Assembly (NCBI GenBank): GCA_040902515.1 | Contig: JBBDXB010000003.1 | Span: 1 to 42,702 of the forward strand | Source: Patescibacteria group bacterium | GTDB taxonomy: Bacteria; Patescibacteriota; SICC01 | Direction: 5' to 3' | Length of the DNA: 42,702 nucleotides | Part shown: piece after piece, positions 34,719-42,702 of the stretch | How positions within the stretch are numbered: position 1 is the stretch's first letter | How the letters are laid out: each line of letters begins with the position of its first letter | Notes under the pieces: model-generated | Databases searched by the model: none | What the model saw: only the letters and a program-made list of their open reading frames with translations | What the model was told of the DNA's origin: nothing | Translations under genes and position numbers: made by a program

Positions 34719-35276
34719 GTGTTAGTCAATCTGCTGGTTGAAGGTCCCTTAGATGTAGCGGTTGGTCGAGTGCTATTGCGGCACACTCGAAACGAAGTTG
34801 GTAACATTTACGGTCAAGAAGGTCGAGGATATATTGAAGCAAAAATTGAGGGATTTAATAAGTTTGCAGAACATGCACCTATCCTTGCCATCGTTGATCT
34901 GGATAGTGACTCCTGTGCACCCGATCTAATTTCCAAAGTGCTACCATCACCATCAAGTGGGATGATTTTTCGTGTTGCCGTCAGAACTATTGAATCTTGG
35001 TTGCTCGCAGATAGGAGCGCGATAGCTCGTTTTCTGTCTATCTCTCCAGCTATTATTCCCCCACAACCCGAAGCGCTACCTAGACCAAAAGATAAACTAC
35101 TCAGTCTGGCACGCCGATCAAGAAAGCATAGAAGCCTAGTTCAGCTAGGAGCCTCTGTGGGACCAAGATACACTACAGAGATGATTTCCTACATTGAAAG
35201 CTTTTGGAGCATAGAGCGCGCGAAAGATAACTCTGACAGCCTAAAGAGGTGTCTCAGGAATCTCCAGGCGATTTGA
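34719..35276 (+). CDS. TOPRIM-like protein (DUF4276/RloB-like), partner of the ATPase
   Basis: LLVEGPLD, AIVDLD and RTIESWLLAD; GTG 1 nt after the ATPase stop; AT-rich. Confidence 0.8.
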   Translation: MLVNLLVEGPLDVAVGRVLLRHTRNEVGNIYGQEGRGYIEAKIEGFNKFAEHAPILAIVDLDSDSCAPDLISKVLPSPSSGMIFRVAVRTIESWLLADRSAIARFLSISPAIIPPQPEALPRPKDKLLSLARRSRKHRSLVQLGASVGPRYTTEMISYIESFWSIERAKDNSDSLKRCLRNLQAI

Positions 35277-35284
35277 CTAAGTCA

Positions 35285-35680
35285 CTAGGTTGCTGAATCC
35301 TCAATCGCCTGCCGGTTATCCAGCGCCAGCTCGAGCCCGTCTAGTTCGTTCGGTGCGAACCAGCGCAGCTCGTTTCCTTCGCCGCCGCCCGGCTCGCTCG
35401 TCTGTACGCGGAACGTCAGCGGGATGCAGGGCTGTCCCGGGTGCCAGTCCGGATCGTCGTAATAGTGACCGGTGAATTCGATCGAATCAGCCAAACCGAT
35501 GCCGGCCTTCTCGCGAAGGCGCCGACGCACGGCCTCCTCCAGCCGCTCGCCGGGCTGTACGTAGCCGGCGATCAGCTCCCACTTCCCGGCATCCGGCTCC
35601 TTGGTGCGCCGCCGGAGCAGAATCTTCCCCTCCGGATTCATCACGATGGCCGAGACCGCCAGGATGCTCCCATCGCTCAT
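35285..35680 (-). CDS. NUDIX-fold protein with a degenerate Nudix box
   Basis: ILLRRR..EP..GKWELIAG-YVQPG-E-RLEEAVR-RRLREKAGI. Confidence 0.85.
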   Translation of the reverse strand: MSDGSILAVSAIVMNPEGKILLRRRTKEPDAGKWELIAGYVQPGERLEEAVRRRLREKAGIGLADSIEFTGHYYDDPDWHPGQPCIPLTFRVQTSEPGGGEGNELRWFAPNELDGLELALDNRQAIEDSAT

Positions 35681-35708
35681 GGGATCATGGTAACAAACTT
35701 CCACAAGG

Positions 35709-35737
35709 TTGACTTTTTAGCTAAACTATGGTAGTTT
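35709..35737 (+). promoter_or_regulatory. promoter for the 35770 gene
   Basis: TTGACT, 17 nt, TAGTTT, with extended TG; divergent from the Nudix gene. Confidence 0.65.
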
Positions 35738-35769
35738 TACACAATTTCAAACCCTACAGGCGCGACTCC

Positions 35770-36675
35770 ATGAGCATCGACAACGAAGGACCGTCCGACA
35801 AAGATCTGGGCATCGATCCGACCAAGGATCCCGACTACCGGGAGATCTCGGATGAGGTTTGGGAAAAGATCAGCGGGATGCACGAGGGCGTGTCCCGCGA
35901 GCAGGCGGAGCGGCGACAGAACGCCGGGATCCACGCGGAGGCTTTCTTTGCGGGGGATTGGCAGCAAACCACCCGAAACCGCCTCATGGAATTGGGACAG
36001 CCGGCGGAAGACCCTGAGCATGTGGCGGCCACGGCAGCGGGTGACTTCGTGGCCGCGGTGGGAGTCGATGCACAGCGCGTACCCGAAGAAGATCGGGTGC
36101 TCCTGATCGGATACTTCAAAAGGCAAAAGCCGGCGGATGACCGGAAAGCAGCGAGACGACAAGCCGCAGGAGCAATCGGCATCCTAGAGAAAAGCGCAGG
36201 CATGGCAGCGGTCAATATCGCCTCGCGCGGAGAAGACCATGCCGAACGCAGCGGTTTGCGGGATCTCCTGAAAAGCGCGCGCGAAACAGAGCAGCGGGCG
36301 GAGCGATCACGGAAAGACCAAGCGATCCTGACTGTCCGCGGAGAGCGTGAACCGGTCCATACCAAAAGGGACGTCACTTCTTTCGAAGGCCTCGACGGTC
36401 TACGGGGAGAGGTCGTGAAGTTCACGAGAGACGGCGGAAAGACCTGGCGGTATGGCAAACTCGGGAACCGAGGTCCGGAAAACTTTGAAGACGCTGTGAG
36501 CGGCGACACCGTTGAAGGATACGGTATCAGGCTTGAGCTGATGCCAAACCAGCCCGTGGACGTAGCCGATTCCCTGACCGCGTCGGACTTCGAGAAAGGT
36601 ATGGTCGTTCGACCGACCAAGCGCCGGGAGACCAAGGATATGCGTTTCTCGTTCGAGGGAACCGAAACTGCCTGA
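35770..36675 (+). CDS. hypothetical protein (helical N-terminal part, beta-rich C-terminal part)
   Basis: 301-aa ORF downstream of a clear promoter, convergent with the next gene; no recognised motif. Confidence 0.7.
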   Translation: MSIDNEGPSDKDLGIDPTKDPDYREISDEVWEKISGMHEGVSREQAERRQNAGIHAEAFFAGDWQQTTRNRLMELGQPAEDPEHVAATAAGDFVAAVGVDAQRVPEEDRVLLIGYFKRQKPADDRKAARRQAAGAIGILEKSAGMAAVNIASRGEDHAERSGLRDLLKSARETEQRAERSRKDQAILTVRGEREPVHTKRDVTSFEGLDGLRGEVVKFTRDGGKTWRYGKLGNRGPENFEDAVSGDTVEGYGIRLELMPNQPVDVADSLTASDFEKGMVVRPTKRRETKDMRFSFEGTETA

Positions 36676-36686
36676 CCACCACCGAG

Positions 36687-37604
36687 CTACAATCCCGCCC
36701 GATTGATCTGAAACGCCAGGTCGTTGTACCGCCTGACCAACTCGCCCACATGTTCCACCTCGTAGTCGATCCCGTCCACGTATCGCTTAAGGTGTTCACC
36801 CGCCCGGGCGAGAGCGTCACGGGACGACAGGCCGCCGAACTCATACAGGGAAATACCCCCTTCCATGAGCGCCGTCTGGGTCGCGGCGTCGTGGTTAGTA
36901 CTCTCCACGGCCACCCGCTCGGCTTCCCGCAGGTTCCGCTGGGCGGAGACGGCGTCGCCGGTCATCACCTCGGCCTGGGCCAACCCCATGCGCAGCATGC
37001 AGGACTCCTCGGCGGAAACCGGATTCGCCAGCCGGGCCGCGGCTTCTTCCTTGATCGCGCCCCAATCCTCGCGGTCGGCGTAGGCGGCACATAAGCTCGT
37101 TTCGGCTGAATAAACCAGCCGCTGCAGGGTCGGCTCCAGGAACCTCCGCACCTCTTCGGGCACTGCCTCCGGATCGAACGCCTCGTAGTAGCCGCGAGCC
37201 GTATCAAGCGCTTCGCGCGCTTCGTCCAAGTCGCCCCGTTCTATCAGCACCAGGGCCCGGGTCGTGAAGAGCGGTGTCAGGGCCGGGTTGCTCGCCTGGT
37301 CCGCCAATTCCTGCTCCAAGGCATCCAGGTGGAATAGCGTTACCGTCGAATCTCCCCGCTCGCCGGCGGCGGCAGCCAGCAGCGACGTATACGCCAGGCG
37401 GTCGGTCAGCTCTTCGGCTTCAGCCAGTCGCGGGCTGATGAATGCAGTAAGCGCGTCGTAGTCCCCGCGCTCGATCAGGGTGTTCATCTGGCTCGTGAAT
37501 TCCCTCATGTCGGCAATCTCGCTGGTTTCCGCGTCCAGGAATCGGGACGGATCGAAGTCCGCCTCGTAAAGGTCATCAAAACCGAATAGTCTTTCATCTG
37601 GCAT
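36687..37604 (-). CDS. hypothetical TPR-like alpha-helical repeat protein
   Basis: Patterns such as RALVLIERGDLDEAREALDTA and LGLAQAEVMTGDAVSAQRNLREA; very acidic. Confidence 0.7.
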   Translation of the reverse strand: MPDERLFGFDDLYEADFDPSRFLDAETSEIADMREFTSQMNTLIERGDYDALTAFISPRLAEAEELTDRLAYTSLLAAAAGERGDSTVTLFHLDALEQELADQASNPALTPLFTTRALVLIERGDLDEAREALDTARGYYEAFDPEAVPEEVRRFLEPTLQRLVYSAETSLCAAYADREDWGAIKEEAAARLANPVSAEESCMLRMGLAQAEVMTGDAVSAQRNLREAERVAVESTNHDAATQTALMEGGISLYEFGGLSSRDALARAGEHLKRYVDGIDYEVEHVGELVRRYNDLAFQINRAGL

Positions 37605-37685
37605 GGGAATAATCCTGCTTAAGCATGCAACCTCCCAGCATAGGATGCCGGTTCCGGCCATGCAAGGAACGGGCTTTCCGGTCGT

Positions 37686-38099
37686 TTACGCCGGCGTCCG
37701 GCCGCCGGGGTGGCCGCCCCCATGCCGCGGCATCCACTGGACCCGCCTGGTCACCCGCTCCAGCCGCTTGCGCTGGATGTCGTGCAGCTCGACGTCCGGC
37801 GTGATGTACGAAAGCGCCTCTTCCGCCAGTGGCGGCGAACCCTGGTCCAGCGCCTGCTCGACCGTCCGGAGCGTCAGGTCCGTCAGGTTCCGTTGGAATC
37901 GCATACGCAGCTCCGCGGGTACGTATCCGGCGGCATCGAGCCCGTCCCGGACTCTCCGGATGTGTTGGACCGCCGTGGTCGGCTTTTCGATCCCTAAGGC
38001 GTCATGGATGTCACCGAATCCCGCCACGAAGTCGTAGGTCTCGCCGGATTCCCAGCGCTCCGGCCTGTGCCCCCTGGCCCATTCGGAGAACCTTCCCAT
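37686..38099 (-). CDS. hypothetical protein
   Basis: 137-aa ORF with host-like codon usage and TATAGT 8 nt before the ATG. Confidence 0.65.
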   Translation of the reverse strand: MGRFSEWARGHRPERWESGETYDFVAGFGDIHDALGIEKPTTAVQHIRRVRDGLDAAGYVPAELRMRFQRNLTDLTLRTVEQALDQGSPPLAEEALSYITPDVELHDIQRKRLERVTRRVQWMPRHGGGHPGGRTPA

Positions 38100-38134
38100 G
38101 TCATCACACTATACCCGTGCTAGGATTTCCGGCT

Positions 38135-38254
38135 ATGGGCAAGCTTCCACCAGAATCATTCCGTCCTGATGCGATCCCGCCGATCGGGTTCTTCCGGGAC
38201 GCCAGCGAGGCGTGCAAGCGCCAATTCGAAGTGACGGGCAAGCTGGACGTCTGA
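38135..38254 (+). CDS. 39-aa small ORF resembling the C-terminus of the two downstream paralogs (mini-protein or remnant)
   Basis: MGKLPPESFRPDAIPPIGFFRDASEACKRQFEVTGKLDV; TGCTAGGAT 8 nt before the ATG. Confidence 0.45.
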   Translation: MGKLPPESFRPDAIPPIGFFRDASEACKRQFEVTGKLDV

Positions 38255-38356
38255 TCCGCCGTGCCGACATGACCCTCTTGCTCCTTGCCAGGACCGCGCT
38301 CCCGGGCGTATGGTTTGCCCATACGGAACGTGCTACGATACCCCGCTAGGAAAAAC

Positions 38357-38833
38357 ATGTCTCTCGACAGCCTAGACTACTACACCGAACAGGAAATGGA
38401 ATCGTTCGACCGCATGGTGTCCCACGATCGTCTCGACCGGCCTCCGACCAAAGCCATCGATTCGCAACGCGTGACCATCGAGGCCTTGCCGGAGCAATCC
38501 CCCGTCGGTGCGTTCTATCGCGAACGCGTGCAGCCTGCCGAAGCGACGACCGATCCCCTGCAGGCACTATATGCCCGGCTCTTCTTCGAGTTCGAAGGCA
38601 AGCTCGAGGATTGTCTGAACGATCGGCGCTCGGTTCCGGAGGCGATCAATCAAGCCGAGAAGCGTCTGCTCGACGAGGTCCGTCAGCTCTTCCCCGCCCA
38701 CGGTGATACAGGACCATACGCCGGATTCGTGCGGGATGCCGCCGATGCGTTTCGCGGATATCATACGACATTAGTCATCTCCGGCGACCATGTCCCCGGA
38801 CGCGTGCTGCCGCACTTTGACGGAACGACGTAG
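38357..38833 (+). CDS. hypothetical helical protein, paralog A
   Basis: 158 aa; shares four collinear blocks with 38838..39305; upstream TGCTACGAT and AGGA. Confidence 0.75.
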   Translation: MSLDSLDYYTEQEMESFDRMVSHDRLDRPPTKAIDSQRVTIEALPEQSPVGAFYRERVQPAEATTDPLQALYARLFFEFEGKLEDCLNDRRSVPEAINQAEKRLLDEVRQLFPAHGDTGPYAGFVRDAADAFRGYHTTLVISGDHVPGRVLPHFDGTT

Positions 38834-38837
38834 AACC

Positions 38838-39305
38838 ATGGGGCAGGCATTCGAGGCCCGGCGCGACCCCGAGGAATGTTTCCGTAAGGAAGAGGTCCAC
38901 GAGCTGTTCGACGCGGTAGTCGCCGAAGATTTCCTCAAACGTAACCGCATCGGCGTAAGCGAGCGGATTAGGAATCGTTACTTCGGCACCCTCCCCGAGG
39001 GCTCTCCGCTCGCAAGGTTCTATCGGAAAGAAGTGCTCGTGAACGGCACCGAACAGTACCCCGTGCTGGACGAATTCCGGCGGGAAGCTTTCTTCCGGTT
39101 CTGCTGCACGTTGGACGAGCAACGCACAACGATCAATAGCGTCGAGGAAGCGATATCCGAAGCACAGGCGATCACCGAGCAGTGGCTGGGAGAAGTGTTC
39201 CTGCGAGAACCCGACAAGATCCCGGAATCCGGATTCATTGAAGAAGCCGCCGACGCGTTCCGAGAGCAGCATGCGTTCGTGCGCGCGATGCGCACCGGAC
39301 AGTAG
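38838..39305 (+). CDS. hypothetical helical protein, paralog B
   Basis: 155 aa; ATG 4 nt after the paralog A stop. Confidence 0.75.
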   Translation: MGQAFEARRDPEECFRKEEVHELFDAVVAEDFLKRNRIGVSERIRNRYFGTLPEGSPLARFYRKEVLVNGTEQYPVLDEFRREAFFRFCCTLDEQRTTINSVEEAISEAQAITEQWLGEVFLREPDKIPESGFIEEAADAFREQHAFVRAMRTGQ

Positions 39306-39323
39306 TGCTGGTTTTCCCGCCGG

Positions 39324-39794
39324 CTAGTACCGCGCGTAGTGCGCGAATGCGCGGTTGGCTTCGGCCATCTTGTGCACGTCTTCCTTCTTCTTGAAGGCCG
39401 TGCCCTCTTTCTTGGTAGCGGCGATGAACTCGTCCGCCAGACGCTTGCTCATCGGCGCACCCTGCTTGGCCCGGGCGGCATCCACCAGCCAGCGGACCGC
39501 CAGCTGCGTCCGCCGGCGCGGGCGCACTTCGGTCGGGATCTGGTACGTGGCACCGCCGACGCGGCGGGCACGGACCTCGACCGGGGGAGCGATCGTCCTG
39601 ATCGCCTCCTCGAATACTTCCAGTGGTTCCTGCTTGGTCTGCTCCTTGATGATGTCGAACGCCTCGTAGACGATCTGCTCGGCGGTCGAGCGCTTGCCTT
39701 CGAGCATCAGCTTCCCGACGAACCGGGATACGAGCTTGCTGCCGTACTTGGGATCCGGTTTGGGCTCGCGGATCGCGGCGCTGTTCTTGCGCAT
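39324..39794 (-). CDS. rpsG: 30S ribosomal protein S7
   Basis: [33 protein letters not shown]. Confidence 0.99.
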   Translation of the reverse strand: MRKNSAAIREPKPDPKYGSKLVSRFVGKLMLEGKRSTAEQIVYEAFDIIKEQTKQEPLEVFEEAIRTIAPPVEVRARRVGGATYQIPTEVRPRRRTQLAVRWLVDAARAKQGAPMSKRLADEFIAATKKEGTAFKKKEDVHKMAEANRAFAHYARY

Positions 39795-40228
39795 TACTCC
39801 CCGCCTCCCTTGGCCTGCGGGCGCTTCGCGCCGTACTTGCTCCGGCCCTGGGTCCGGTCCTTAACGCCCTCGGTGTCGAGCGTGCCGCGCACCACGGTGT
39901 AGCGGACGCCGGCCAAGTCCTTGATCCGGCCGCCCCGGATCATCAGCACCGAGTGCTCCTGGAGATTGTGTCCTTCACCCGGGATGTACGCGGTCACCTC
40001 CATGTTGTTGGTCAGCCGCACGCGCGCGACCTTCCGCAGCGCCGAGTTCGGCTTACGCGGCGTCTGGGTCGAGACCTTCACGGCCACGCCCCGCTTCTGC
40101 GGCGCACCCTTCGGCAAGTCGACCGGCCGGTTCTTCAGCGCGTTGAACGTACGCTGGAGTGCCGGCGACTTGCTCTTCTTCTTCGCCGTCTTGCGGCCTT
40201 TGCGGACGAGTTGGTTGATGGTAGGCAT
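39794..40228 (-). CDS. rpsL: 30S ribosomal protein S12
   Basis: [44 protein letters not shown]. Confidence 0.99.
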   Translation of the reverse strand: MPTINQLVRKGRKTAKKKSKSPALQRTFNALKNRPVDLPKGAPQKRGVAVKVSTQTPRKPNSALRKVARVRLTNNMEVTAYIPGEGHNLQEHSVLMIRGGRIKDLAGVRYTVVRGTLDTEGVKDRTQGRSKYGAKRPQAKGGGE

Positions 40229-40249
40229 CAGGAATCCAGTGTACTAGAT

Positions 40250-42702
<2,453 letters not shown>

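Noticed and set aside
35274-35284. Palindrome TGACT-A-AGTCA between convergent stop codons
   Set aside because: Too short for a terminator or an att site, with no counterpart at the other end of the module.
38567-39295. Minus-strand ORFs 38567-38764, 38775-39272 and 39020-39295
   Set aside because: Antisense to the two plus-strand paralogs, whose mutual protein similarity identifies the coding strand.
33549-39331. 8-bp inverted repeat GGTACTAG (33549-33556) / CTAGTACC (39324-39331) flanking the accessory island
   Set aside because: It does not extend in either direction, one copy is the rpsG coding end, and no recombinase is nearby; probably chance.

Overview
A GC-rich bacterial chromosome segment whose core genes are all on the minus strand. 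In transcription order (high to low coordinates): 3' part of rpoC, rpsL, rpsG, an ~5.8 kb accessory insert, fusA, two hypothetical genes, tuf, the S10-spc-alpha ribosomal protein superoperon (rpsJ to rplQ, with secY, adk, map, infA), rplM, rpsI, a membrane diadenylate cyclase (cdaA), pheS, pheT, gyrB, a pseudopilin-like gene, gyrA, a DUF212 gene, a small membrane protein, and the promoter, leader and 5' ~1050 nt of a 16S rRNA gene. Absence of rpmD (L30), the EF-Tu DMPGH motif, a compact 16S and a GspG-like orphan point to a Patescibacteria/CPR organism (inference). Most notable observations: (1) EF-G has both guanine-recognition motifs rewritten (G4 NKxD to NKIN, G5 GSA to GDG) while EF-Tu is canonical; (2) an AT-rich ABC-ATPase plus TOPRIM-like two-gene module, a probable anti-phage system, sits between rpsG and fusA; (3) the rplB-rpsS spacer holds an internal promoter and a two-hairpin leader with an 11-nt copy of the 16S 530 loop; (4) an unknown helical protein family is tandemly duplicated, with a 39-aa mini-copy; (5) a large PRTase-fold orphan follows fusA; (6) S12 carries K42R and GyrA carries G81S. 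All calls come from reading motifs by eye; no database search or folding program was run.
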